Shown: positions 11,908 to 23,000 of the stretch, one piece after another | How positions within the stretch are numbered: position 1 is the first letter of the stretch | Layout: every line of letters begins with the position of its first letter | NCBI GenBank assembly: GCA_946965045.2 | Contig: OX337235.1 | Coordinates: 1,116,001 to 1,180,000, forward strand | DNA: 64,000 nucleotides | Source of the DNA: Epithemia pelagica | Lineage: Eukaryota; Protista; Bacillariophyta | Direction of reading: 5' to 3' | The notes under the pieces: model-generated | What the model was told of the DNA's origin: nothing | Seen by the model: only the letters and a program-made list of their open reading frames with translations | The model's database searches: none | Translations under genes and position numbers: made by a program

Positions 11908-11991
11908 TTGATGATATCGAGATTTCCTCTTCTACCTTCACATATAAAGATTTGATACAGACCGTCGTCGTCGTCGTACCCGCAACGGGTG

Positions 11992-13755
11992 TCAATGTTC
12001 GCCAGCAGACAATCCACGCCATTGTTCCGGCAACCACCGTTCACCGGAAACCCCAAAGAAGCTTCGAAGCTGTGGTCTTGCAAGACAAGTCCATCCGCGC
12101 CTCTCCGATGGATTGACAGCAGGATGACCACGGACAAGATAGGAATTGGGCAACGTGGCATGTTGATTTGGAATCTCTTTCCCTTCATTTAGTTGGTATC
12201 CATAGAGATCATATGTGACAACTCCTGACATCACATCCTTTCGCCACAAACAAACAAAAACATCGTACTCTGGAAATCTAGCAAACTTCGGGTAGTAAAT
12301 AGAAACTTTGGGAAAGTTCCCCTCCCAGTGATGCTCCGAACAGATTCCACCTAGTGCTATCTGCAATTCTTGAAGATTCTTGACCGTCGATATGCTCCAA
12401 GTGGCGGGCAATGGATAATTGTAAAAGAGACTTGTCGAAATCGTCTTGATTTCGAATCTCAGAGATGGCATGCACGAGACATCTCGAAAATTACCAGAAA
12501 CATATCGCAACCAGAGAACAAGCAAAAACAAAGACTCCCATCCATCACCGCTTTCTTCTTTGCTCGTGCTCCAACTTTTCGCATCTTCTACGACTTGACG
12601 TTGCGATAGTCCGAAATAACCTTGGATTGCACCTGCAAGCTTTCCCAACAACTCCATCAAAAAGCATGGTATCCAATAGCTTTTGCCATCGCTGTTATCG
12701 AGAAGCACGTCAAGCTTTGTCCCTAGTGGCTTTCCGAAGAAGAAAGAATCCGAGACTTTTTGCAGCAAGTCGAAGTCCAGTGTTATACTCCTACAAGCCC
12801 TCTCTGTACGACCAGCGATCTGCGCTTGGTCAGAAAGCCCTTCAACCGTAAGAGTTGTCACCAGCAATGCAGGAACGAGGCCGAAATAGAGAGCCTTTCG
12901 CGGCGTGAGATCGGTGATATTTAGATTTTGTCTTGCACCTGATAGGTCCTGAATCAGCGGCAGGGTTTTAACTTCCATGTCACGAAAGGCAAGGGACGGC
13001 AATGCTTTTTCTGGATTTGTTGAGCTCAAATGGGAAGAAAACACATAGTATCTTCCTCGTTGGGTGAGAAAGTTCTCCTTCAAGAAGAGTACAATGTCTT
13101 TGTCCAATACCACGTTGTTCAACTCGTCAATCAACAATACGACTTGGTTGGTCCCAAGAAAAGAAGACACCTCGTCTGCCGTGATGCTGTATTTCTTGAA
13201 GGCTTTAAAATCATCACTTATCGCACCTGTCCTTAAACTCGCTGGACGAGCATCAAACGCAATCCGCCGGCAAAGCATTTCAAGACTCGAGTCTCCTCTC
13301 GAAATCTCATAATCGCAATTGGAGAAGTCGTTGAATGAGACAAAGAGAGTTGGAATACACTGTTCGCGAAGTGCCTTCGCCAACTCGTAGAGCGCCCTCG
13401 TCTTCCCTCCCCTGGAGCAGCGAGCCAGGGAAGTAATTGGGACTCGGTACGATCCATCGGCTGCATCCTCCTTCAGGCACAAATCAGTCACCCTCCCCAC
13501 GATGCCATCAAGCCATCCGTCTTGGCTCACGAACGGAGGTGTGATCGGTTCAATATGAGGAATTTCCAAGAGGTTCGTCCACTGTTCAGCCGGAATGCGA
13601 ATTCTTTTTGGCGGATTAGCCTCTGGCACTGTCCATTGCAGTCTTCCAAGAATGGAGTTAACATAGAAGGTCCGCCCCTCGCCGTTTACCATTTCTTGCC
13701 ATCCTTCTGGAAGGGGCGGTGAATCTGCCGGTTGCTTCTGCGATGAGCACTGCAT
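11992..13755 (-). CDS. Crinkler/RHS-like protein: WW domain + P-loop NTPase + PD-(D/E)xK-like nuclease domain
   Basis: WW domain [31 protein letters not shown]; Walker [10 protein letters not shown]; Walker B VVLLIDE; C-terminal [15 protein letters not shown]...LYGYQLNEG. Confidence 0.65.
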   Translation of the reverse strand: MQCSSQKQPADSPPLPEGWQEMVNGEGRTFYVNSILGRLQWTVPEANPPKRIRIPAEQWTNLLEIPHIEPITPPFVSQDGWLDGIVGRVTDLCLKEDAADGSYRVPITSLARCSRGGKTRALYELAKALREQCIPTLFVSFNDFSNCDYEISRGDSSLEMLCRRIAFDARPASLRTGAISDDFKAFKKYSITADEVSSFLGTNQVVLLIDELNNVVLDKDIVLFLKENFLTQRGRYYVFSSHLSSTNPEKALPSLAFRDMEVKTLPLIQDLSGARQNLNITDLTPRKALYFGLVPALLVTTLTVEGLSDQAQIAGRTERACRSITLDFDLLQKVSDSFFFGKPLGTKLDVLLDNSDGKSYWIPCFLMELLGKLAGAIQGYFGLSQRQVVEDAKSWSTSKEESGDGWESLFLLVLWLRYVSGNFRDVSCMPSLRFEIKTISTSLFYNYPLPATWSISTVKNLQELQIALGGICSEHHWEGNFPKVSIYYPKFARFPEYDVFVCLWRKDVMSGVVTYDLYGYQLNEGKEIPNQHATLPNSYLVRGHPAVNPSERRGWTCLARPQLRSFFGVSGERWLPEQWRGLSAGEH

Positions 13756-14175
13756 CTTGATTGCGTTGCATGTATTATTTGTTGTCGAGGGTCGAGGTCG
13801 TTTCGCGTTTCGCTGTTAGGCGTTAGGCAGGCCGGACCTACGGTAATTTTCGTGGTCCCAAAAGACGGTCATGATTTATGATAGTGGGCGGAATTTGGGC
13901 GATCTAGCTATCTGTCGGCGAGCCCTAGCCCCTCGCCAGTCGCTCCTATTGTTGGTAGGAGTAGATAAAGTAGACACTTCTTTGTTTTGGACGATATTTC
14001 ATCCAACAACGGGGTCGTTTCTTGGTTTCTCAGACCCAAGACTCTGAGCTGAGATGAAAGAGAAGATGAGCTATGAGCGCACAATGGCCTGGGAAGGTGG
14101 TGGAAATATCCGGATCGGACTGAGTATGTCCTTATGATCCGCCCAAATGGTCAACTATGATGCTGTTCCACTAGT

Positions 14176-15277
14176 CGTGGTGATCAGCGAAGGAACCCGA
14201 GCCGCAAGATACTGGAGAAGACGTGCGTCTCATCCAATTCGATTGCAAGCTGCTGCAACTCATCACTAAGTACAGAGATGTACGTTGCCATTTGGAACTC
14301 GACAAGGTTGCAAGATCAAGAGCACGATTCTGTGTTGCGGCTTGCGGCATCGCTGCTTTTGGGGCGAGACGCGAGATCTCATGATTCGAAAGATCCGGAT
14401 TTCGGGACTGGTTGTTGTGGTTGGTGGGTCATCGATCAGCTTCCGAGTCATCATCGTCAGCGACTCAAAAGCGAACTAGAGATTTCGGGTTCGGTTCGCA
14501 CATCCACTATGAAAGGTCCAAGATCTTTATCGACTTACGTTTCTGTCGGTTGTGGATAAACAGTTCCATCGTGATCATGCCCTCCCGACAGGGCCGAGGT
14601 TTGTAGTCTCCTTAGATGACTGGTAAGATGTGGATTGTGCTCTCTCGCTCTGTGAGATAAAGACGGGAAATGTACCATTGCCCTGAGTAGTTTTTCGGAC
14701 TGACATTCACATTGATGGCGTCCCTGATCATCAATTCCCAGATCGTGCCAGGAGCAGCATGATGTTTGGATTTTGGATATTCTTTCCTAATAGATGTGGT
14801 CACGACAACGTATGATAAAGGAATAACTGTAAACTGGATTAATTCATCCAGATATTAGCGTTAACAATCGGCTTGAATCACAGTTATCATCAGAAGGACA
14901 TCTTTCTGGTCACCTCTTCTCTTAGAATTGAACAGGGAGAGTAGAAGGGTCAAATCGGTCCTCAGCCAAGCCCAAGTTGACAAAAATCTCCTTGCCGTTC
15001 ACCAACTCTTGCGCAACAATACCGGCAGCACCAAGCATGGCAAGACGACCGTTCTGCAACTCCTTCGTGTGCAACTCAAGGAACTCTTCAGGGTCAGAGG
15101 GCTTGAGGCCAAGTGGATCAAAACCAACATCTCCAGGGAAGTAGTCGTCGTTCAACACTTGCTTTTTGACTTCAGTGGGACGGATCCAGCCAACCAAAGC
15201 ACGGTTGAGCTCAAGAGCACCAATAATAATTGCAAGCAATTCAAAAAAGGCAGGGGAGACAGCACGGACTTCGTCCA
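14176..15277. repeat. Segmental duplication, copy A; partner of 10743..11907
   Basis: Direct repeat of 10743..11907. The last ~75 bp diverge. Confidence 0.9.
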
Positions 15278-15644
15278 AATGACGGATGGCAGGACCAATG
15301 TCCTTGTTGGCAGCCTCAAAGAGAGGGTGGAACTCAATCGGTTCCTCAGTCACAAGGAAACCAATCACGGCCAACATGGCAACACGGCCGTGTTGAAGCT
15401 CGGCTTCACGGTACTGCTTCATCTTGTCCAAGTCGGCGTCCGCGGCGAAGCCCAAGGGGTCGAACTCGGGCACAGGGTCCAAAGATCCTGGCAGACCGTA
15501 GGCGAACTTGTTGGCATCAGGAGTCCAGCCGTTCAACGAAGCGACCTCCAACGCAGTCTTCGAGGAAGAGGAGGGAGCCTTGGCCGGTTGGAAAGCAGCG
15601 GCACCAGTGGCCAAGACAGCAAAAGAGGCGGCAGTAAACTTCAT
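14922..15644 (-). CDS. LHCX: Fucoxanthin-chlorophyll a/c binding protein, Lhcx (LI818/LHCSR-like) type, 240 aa
   Basis: True start MKFTAASFAVLATGAAAFQP (signal peptide + AF motif) at ATG 15644. Motifs [39 protein letters not shown] and [12 protein letters not shown]. The subfamily is assigned from motifs only. Confidence 0.9.
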   Translation of the reverse strand: MKFTAASFAVLATGAAAFQPAKAPSSSSKTALEVASLNGWTPDANKFAYGLPGSLDPVPEFDPLGFAADADLDKMKQYREAELQHGRVAMLAVIGFLVTEEPIEFHPLFEAANKDIGPAIRHLDEVRAVSPAFFELLAIIIGALELNRALVGWIRPTEVKKQVLNDDYFPGDVGFDPLGLKPSDPEEFLELHTKELQNGRLAMLGAAGIVAQELVNGKEIFVNLGLAEDRFDPSTLPVQF

Positions 15645-15954
15645 CTTGTTTGAATGATCTTGCTTTTGTCGCTTGCTTGCGCAAATTATGGGAAATGGGA
15701 AGGCAAGCATCACATCAAAAAAACAGAAAAGGATACCAAGGTTGCTCATTCCGAATGTGACGTGTCATGTGATGTGTCGATTAGTCACGCATTGGGGCTG
15801 TGGCAATATCGGGGATGTCGTTGCGGGACTGCTTCAACAAAAAGCCTTTTTCAAAAAAGATAAAAGGCCTCTGTTCTCTCTGTTCTCAGAAGAAGAAAAA
15901 AAAAGGTACAGTCTATTTTAACGCTGCCGCGCGGACCCGCTAGGGTGCCCTTTC

Positions 15955-18900
15955 CGAAAATAGGGGGGGAGAAGGCAGAGGAGAGGGGGAGAGGAGGGGG
16001 AGAGAGAAGGAGAGAAGAAGGAGATTCCGTAAGTCAGATTCCTTCATGAAATCGATCCGCGTATTGCTCGCAGTCTCACGTTTGTTTCCTCTGACGTATG
16101 AAATGTTCTAGGAAGCTCCAAACTTCCCTCAGAGGGGAGAAGGCACTTCCCCTCCAAAACGATTAAGCCCTTCATGTCGTTTCAGCACCTTTTTGTTATT
16201 GAAACGACATTCTACACTGGTACAATCCTCCCGACCATCCGATGACCTTTCACGTGGTTCTACGTAGCATGTGATGAGGCGTATCCAGTCTGTGCTTCGC
16301 ATCACAATCGGAACTGCTTGCACCTCGCACAAGATCTTGTTATAATTTTTTTTGCTACGATGTTACTCACTACGAATTTTTCTTTTTGTTGTTTGTCATG
16401 CAGGTATTCAGGTCAATCAAGAGAATGAAGATGGTGCCTTGTTCAAGGCTCGTTTGGGGCAGCGTCGGTCATGGGGTGGACGTCCTTTCCCTCGTTCTAC
16501 GCAGTACTTCATGTACTTGACGCAACAGAACTGGGTTTGGACACGAGGTGGTGGTCCGAAGGGAGGAAAGGTGGGCATACATCTCGGGACGGATTGAAGA
16601 CCACCCCAGCCATGGGGATTGCTGTGGAATGCAAAGGGGTATTGCTGTTGATCGGGGAGTGTTGTTGGCCGTTGCTGATTTTGCTTGTACGGGTTGACAG
16701 GTTGGTTTTTCTGTCTTGTTGTCGTTGTTGTTGTTGCCGATTGCAGTACCACCAACCCATTTGCTGTTGTTGCCATTGCAGGTGTGCTGTTTGCTGCATT
16801 TTGAGGCTCTTTGTGTTGTTGTTGTTGTTCCTGCACTGTCGCTGCTGATTGATTTGTTGCTGCCATCGTTGTTGTTGGTAAGGCTTCGCTGTTGTTTGTA
16901 ACCTTTTGCTTTTTGTTGCTGGTGTTGTTCTTATCCAAATCGTCGCTCTCTTTTTCTTCTCCCTCTCTTTCCTTTCTCTTATTGCTACTGATTGCCTGTG
17001 CTTGTGCTGTTTCTTGTTGTTGTGTCTGTTGTTGTGTTTCTTGCCGTGTCTGTTGTTGTGTTTCTGGCTGTGTCTGTGGTTGTTGTATTTTGGCTGGATT
17101 CTCCTCGCTAAAATGTTGTTGGATTTCATCTTCGACCTCTGACTCCTCCTCTGCCAAACCCAACAATGGAATGGACGTGTCATGCGGCAACCTCTTCTTG
17201 TTGCTCGCACATTTTCGGCACTGGCATCGATCGTTGAGTGGATGCTTTGGAACTTGTTGCGTGATTTCTTTTCTCGTTTCCAGGTACTCGGAGAAAAACC
17301 GTTCTCCCGTATCTTCTGGAAGCTTCTCAACCTCTGGAAAGGGAGGACGAGAAGCTCCAGACATCGAGGCAAGTATATTGATCATGTTTGTTTTGCATGC
17401 GTTACCAAAACTCACCACCATTTCCCATCCTGCAGGCACCACTGAACGTTCTTCTTGAGACTTCGTCATGATTCTCATCTTGTGACGAATTGCCCTGTTA
17501 TACTGGGCCGTGCCTGCCAAATTCAAAGCATCTGCAAGAGTTTCTCGCATGCCACAGTTGGCAAAATGCGTCAAATTATCATGAAAGCTCTCGAGCTTAC
17601 TCTCTCCTCTCAAAGGTACGTACTCCACTAGCTGGTTGCTTGATCTTGGTGATGGAGGTATCTCACGATACATTTTCTCCACGGGCAAGGGATCAGCAAG
17701 GAACTTTGCCTTCTCTTTACAGTTTTCCAGTGCTTGATGTGTTTCGGCCGTAAAAAGAGGTTGATTGGAGTGTGGATCCAATCGGCCTCGTGCTGGTGGC
17801 TTGTCAGGAGTGGAAGTGCACTTGTATTTGCACTTCCACTCCTCCAACTTGAGGACAATCGTATCGCCACCCCGAATAATCTTCCGTAAGTTCTTTGAGT
17901 ACCTCTGTCGAAAGGTCTTGGTTCCCATCATTTCACTGATCTCTTTGTCTGTGTATTGTTTCTTGGAGCTTGATATGGTTCCATTTTTCAAAGAACCAAC
18001 AAGTTTCTCCAAGTCTTCAGGATGGTACTTGTAGATCGCATCCAACAAATCCTTCATGGCTATCCCAAAGTCAATGTGCCGTTGTCTGAGCGTCTTGGTT
18101 ATCCTCTGTATGAAATGGAAAAGGCCAAGACGGCCCTCCAAGTCATCAACCAACAACAACCAAAAATCCTTGCCACAAGGCCATGTGTCAGAGTACATGG
18201 CCTTGGGGCAAAACCCGGTACGTCTCAGCACTTGTTCCGCAGCATGTGCAAACTCGAGTGCTGATGTGTCGTGCACTAACACTGCACAAGCAATTTCTCC
18301 TGCCTCTGTTGCCATGGTCCACATTGCAGCTGCATTGAGGCGTCTTGGATAATTTTTCACTACCTGGTGGGTGTGGTCGTGAGCAAACATGTGCTGGCAT
18401 CTAACCCCTTGAATCTCTCTTGTGTTTCTCTCGTTGTCAGACACTATCCAGGGTTGCCATTCGGAGCTTGCTCCATCATCATATAGCTGGCGGATTGTCT
18501 CGCCTAAAGGTGGGTAGCGAACCAGAAACTCACCATCCTTTTGCACGTAGTCTTCTGATTCTTTTCCTGTAGTAGCACAATAAGAATAGTACCTCATTGT
18601 CTTGTCTTCATAGCAGGTGTTGATTCCTTCATATAGCATCCGACTGATGTAATCCCCATTGCCATAGGTTACCATTGATGCTTCCATTATCCTCGTAGCA
18701 TCTTTAGCTAGATGCGATGTTCCTCTAGCATACTTGGGTTCCACTGGGTAACACATAGCCATGTAGGGAGGCAGTCGTGCGAGCAATTCTCCATCATTCG
18801 CATAGAAGGCAGCCGAGCACCCGGCACACTTGTATCCCATAAGTATTGCATACTTTGGGGGACCAGACATGGCGAAAATGGGGAAAAGGGACTTGTTTTT

Positions 18901-20058
18901 TGAAAAGTTCGATCGCGTACGCTGGAGATTACCCCGGCAACGAGGACAACGCAAGTGGTTACTGGGGAAAAACAGCTCCCAATCAACAACCAGGAGTTCC
19001 TGTCCCACAATCGAGTCGTACAAAGCACTCGTGTTGTCGGCAATGGGGGGTACGGTAACGGTAATATTAGTGAAGAAAGGTTTCAAATTCTCAACACAAC
19101 GCTTAGAACCAAGGCACGTGTTGGTCACATAACTCGCCAACGCATGCACAGCACGTGGGACATGCACCTCCGTAGGTACTGCTGTCACACGCATAATTAC
19201 CTCAAACTTGAAATCTTTGGCTGTTGGAACATACGCGCCTTCCTCGCCACCAACGGTAGAACTTTCCGTTGCCATAGTCACACTAGTAGATTCTGTGTTT
19301 TCATTTTCAGCCCCTCTCTTTGCGTTTTTCGACGTGCAATTGGGACGAGGTCGCATGAAAACGTCCACTGCCTCTTTCGTAACATTGGAGGCGGACAGTT
19401 TCTCACCACTGGTAAGTGGTTTGCGAATTGCTGCTGCATGGACAGCCTGGGCCTTTTCTGAGGCCACCACCTCTGCTCCTCTTCCATCGTTCATTCCCTT
19501 GCCCCTTGTTGTTGTGTTTTTGCTGCATCTGGGGTGGTGAGGGCGATGAGGGATGGCCATTCCTCTTGCCTTGGCCCTGCAGATGGGGCAGTCAATGTCG
19601 GACTCAAAGATGACCGAAAGGTCCATCTTTCTCCAACCTGAACGCTTCTTCCAACTCTTCTTTGGCCAACGAGAGTACTGATTTCCGTATCGTTGCGACT
19701 GTGGCCCCATGGCCTTGGCCGTTGTGAATTGTGCTGCAGAACTCATGATCTCTATTTGTTATTCTAACTTATTGAAGTGTATCCTCTTTTCCAGGCTTCT
19801 GACCATGCTCAAAAGGGTCATGAGATGGTCAGAAGAGGACTTGTCGCAATGGTCGACTTGGCCATGCCATGGGCGACCGTGAAGGACCGACCGGATCGGC
19901 TGATGGAATCTTCCCTCCATGTTTTTTGTCCGTGATTCGATGGGTTCCCGGGACACGGTAAGACACTTGTAACGACATTTGTTTCCTGAGTGATTTTTTG
20001 TGAAACGACATTTCTAACCCAATCATATTGCTGCCTTTTGAAACTAACACCCCCTACT
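15955..20058 (-). mobile_element. Mutator-like transposase unit, copy 1 of a 4104-bp head-to-tail duplication
   Basis: Sequence from cgaaaatagggggg (15955) repeats at a constant offset of +4104. Confidence 0.85.
16417..19746 (-). CDS. DDE transposase, Mutator/IS256-like (C/DxxH group), 1109 aa
   Basis: Putative catalytic motifs FAHDHTH, MYSDTWP and GESKLESFH, with GLFH at the CxxH-equivalent position. Cys/His clusters CPIC...HHPRC, CPRC...CAGC, CQCRKC and CC...GRPPHDRRC. Intact ORF. Confidence 0.7.
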   Translation of the reverse strand: MSSAAQFTTAKAMGPQSQRYGNQYSRWPKKSWKKRSGWRKMDLSVIFESDIDCPICRAKARGMAIPHRPHHPRCSKNTTTRGKGMNDGRGAEVVASEKAQAVHAAAIRKPLTSGEKLSASNVTKEAVDVFMRPRPNCTSKNAKRGAENENTESTSVTMATESSTVGGEEGAYVPTAKDFKFEVIMRVTAVPTEVHVPRAVHALASYVTNTCLGSKRCVENLKPFFTNITVTVPPIADNTSALYDSIVGQELLVVDWELFFPSNHLRCPRCRGNLQRTRSNFSKNKSLFPIFAMSGPPKYAILMGYKCAGCSAAFYANDGELLARLPPYMAMCYPVEPKYARGTSHLAKDATRIMEASMVTYGNGDYISRMLYEGINTCYEDKTMRYYSYCATTGKESEDYVQKDGEFLVRYPPLGETIRQLYDDGASSEWQPWIVSDNERNTREIQGVRCQHMFAHDHTHQVVKNYPRRLNAAAMWTMATEAGEIACAVLVHDTSALEFAHAAEQVLRRTGFCPKAMYSDTWPCGKDFWLLLVDDLEGRLGLFHFIQRITKTLRQRHIDFGIAMKDLLDAIYKYHPEDLEKLVGSLKNGTISSSKKQYTDKEISEMMGTKTFRQRYSKNLRKIIRGGDTIVLKLEEWKCKYKCTSTPDKPPARGRLDPHSNQPLFTAETHQALENCKEKAKFLADPLPVEKMYREIPPSPRSSNQLVEYVPLRGESKLESFHDNLTHFANCGMRETLADALNLAGTAQYNRAIRHKMRIMTKSQEERSVVPAGWEMVVSFGNACKTNMINILASMSGASRPPFPEVEKLPEDTGERFFSEYLETRKEITQQVPKHPLNDRCQCRKCASNKKRLPHDTSIPLLGLAEEESEVEDEIQQHFSEENPAKIQQPQTQPETQQQTRQETQQQTQQQETAQAQAISSNKRKEREGEEKESDDLDKNNTSNKKQKVTNNSEALPTTTMAATNQSAATVQEQQQQHKEPQNAANSTPAMATTANGLVVLQSATTTTTTRQKNQPVNPYKQNQQRPTTLPDQQQYPFAFHSNPHGWGGLQSVPRCMPTFPPFGPPPRVQTQFCCVKYMKYCVERGKGRPPHDRRCPKRALNKAPSSFS

Positions 20059-23000
20059 CGAAAATAGGGGGGGAGAAGGCAGAGGAGAGGGGGAGAGGAG
20101 GGGGAGAGAGAAGGAGAGAAGAAGGAGATTCCGTAAGTCAGATTCCTTCATGAAATCGATCCGCGTATTGCTCGCAGTCTCACGTTTGTTTCCTCTGACG
20201 TATGAAATGTTCTAGGAAGCTCCAAACTTCCCTCAGAGGGGAGAAGGCACTTCCCCTCCAAAACGATTAAGCCCTTCATGTCGTTTCAGCACCTTTTTGT
20301 TATTGAAACGACATTCTACACTGGTACAATCCTCCCGACCATCCGATGACCTTTCACGTGGTTCTACGTAGCATGTGATGAGGCGTATCCAGTCTGTGCT
20401 TCGCATCACAATCGGAACTGCTTGCACCTCGCACAAGATCTTGTTATAATTTTTTTTGCTACGATGTTACTCACTACGAATTTTTCTTTTTGTTGTTTGT
20501 CATGCAGGTATTCAGGTCAATCAAGAGAATGAAGATGGTGCCTTGTTCAAGGCTCGTTTGGGGCAGCGTCGGTCATGGGGTGGACGTCCTTTCCCTCGTT
20601 CTACGCAGTACTTCATGTACTTGACGCAACAGAACTGGGTTTGGACACGAGGTGGTGGTCCGAAGGGAGGAAAGGTGGGCATACATCTCGGGACGGATTG
20701 AAGACCACCCCAGCCATGGGGATTGCTGTGGAATGCAAAGGGGTATTGCTGTTGATCGGGGAGTGTTGTTGGCCGTTGCTGATTTTGCTTGTACGGGTTG
20801 ACAGGTTGGTTTTTCTGTCTTGTTGTCGTTGTTGTTGTTGCCGATTGCAGTACCACCAACCCATTTGCTGTTGTTGCCATTGCAGGTGTGCTGTTTGCTG
20901 CATTTTGAGGCTCTTTGTGTTGTTGTTGTTGTTCCTGCACTGTCGCTGCTGATTGATTTGTTGCTGCCATCGTTGTTGTTGGTAAGGCTTCGCTGTTGTT
21001 TGTAACCTTTTGCTTTTTGTTGCTGGTGTTGTTCTTATCCAAATCGTCGCTCTCTTTTTCTTCTCCCTCTCTTTCCTTTCTCTTATTGCTACTGATTGCC
21101 TGTGCTTGTGCTGTTTCTTGTTGTTGTGTCTGTTGTTGTGTTTCTTGCCGTGTCTGTTGTTGTGTTTCTGGCTGTGTCTGTGGTTGTTGTATTTTGGCTG
21201 GATTCTCCTCGCTAAAATGTTGTTGGATTTCATCTTCGACCTCTGACTCCTCCTCTGCCAAACCCAACAATGGAATGGACGTGTCATGCGGCAACCTCTT
21301 CTTGTTGCTCGCACATTTTCGGCACTGGCATCGATCGTTGAGTGGATGCTTTGGAACTTGTTGCGTGATTTCTTTTCTCGTTTCCAGGTACTCGGAGAAA
21401 AACCGTTCTCCCGTATCTTCTGGAAGCTTCTCAACCTCTGGAAAGGGAGGACGAGAAGCTCCAGACATCGAGGCAAGTATATTGATCATGTTTGTTTTGC
21501 ATGCGTTACCAAAACTCACCACCATTTCCCATCCTGCAGGCACCACTGAACGTTCTTCTTGAGACTTCGTCATGATTCTCATCTTGTGACGAATTGCCCT
21601 GTTATACTGGGCCGTGCCTGCCAAATTCAAAGCATCTGCAAGAGTTTCTCGCATGCCACAGTTGGCAAAATGCGTCAAATTATCATGAAAGCTCTCGAGC
21701 TTACTCTCTCCTCTCAAAGGTACGTACTCCACTAGCTGGTTGCTTGATCTTGGTGATGGAGGTATCTCACGATACATTTTCTCCACGGGCAAGGGATCAG
21801 CAAGGAACTTTGCCTTCTCTTTACAGTTTTCCAGTGCTTGATGTGTTTCGGCCGTAAAAAGAGGTTGATTGGAGTGTGGATCCAATCGGCCTCGTGCTGG
21901 TGGCTTGTCAGGAGTGGAAGTGCACTTGTATTTGCACTTCCACTCCTCCAACTTGAGGACAATCGTATCGCCACCCCGAATAATCTTCCGTAAGTTCTTT
22001 GAGTACCTCTGTCGAAAGGTCTTGGTTCCCATCATTTCACTGATCTCTTTGTCTGTGTATTGTTTCTTGGAGCTTGATATGGTTCCATTTTTCAAAGAAC
22101 CAACAAGTTTCTCCAAGTCTTCAGGATGGTACTTGTAGATCGCATCCAACAAATCCTTCATGGCTATCCCAAAGTCAATGTGCCGTTGTCTGAGCGTCTT
22201 GGTTATCCTCTGTATGAAATGGAAAAGGCCAAGACGGCCCTCCAAGTCATCAACCAACAACAACCAAAAATCCTTGCCACAAGGCCATGTGTCAGAGTAC
22301 ATGGCCTTGGGGCAAAACCCGGTACGTCTCAGCACTTGTTCCGCAGCATGTGCAAACTCGAGTGCTGATGTGTCGTGCACTAACACTGCACAAGCAATTT
22401 CTCCTGCCTCTGTTGCCATGGTCCACATTGCAGCTGCATTGAGGCGTCTTGGATAATTTTTCACTACCTGGTGGGTGTGGTCGTGAGCAAACATGTGCTG
22501 GCATCTAACCCCTTGAATCTCTCTTGTGTTTCTCTCGTTGTCAGACACTATCCAGGGTTGCCATTCGGAGCTTGCTCCATCATCATATAGCTGGCGGATT
22601 GTCTCGCCTAAAGGTGGGTAGCGAACCAGAAACTCACCATCCTTTTGCACGTAGTCTTCTGATTCTTTTCCTGTAGTAGCACAATAAGAATAGTACCTCA
22701 TTGTCTTGTCTTCATAGCAGGTGTTGATTCCTTCATATAGCATCCGACTGATGTAATCCCCATTGCCATAGGTTACCATTGATGCTTCCATTATCCTCGT
22801 AGCATCTTTAGCTAGATGCGATGTTCCTCTAGCATACTTGGGTTCCACTGGGTAACACATAGCCATGTAGGGAGGCAGTCGTGCGAGCAATTCTCCATCA
22901 TTCGCATAGAAGGCAGCCGAGCACCCGGCACACTTGTATCCCATAAGTATTGCATACTTTGGGGGACCAGACATGGCGAAAATGGGGAAAAGGGACTTGT

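Noticed and set aside
11553-12188. 211-aa ORF as a novel fusion protein
   Set aside because: Its N-half is an alternative frame of the NTPase gene tail and 3' flank, and its C-half is the truncated Lhcx. There is no targeting peptide or other support for expression.
14928-15653. Long antisense ORFs over the Lhcx genes (also 11505..12116, 47248..48012 and 62768..63586)
   Set aside because: These are shadow frames caused by the codon bias of a highly expressed gene; they have no motifs of their own.
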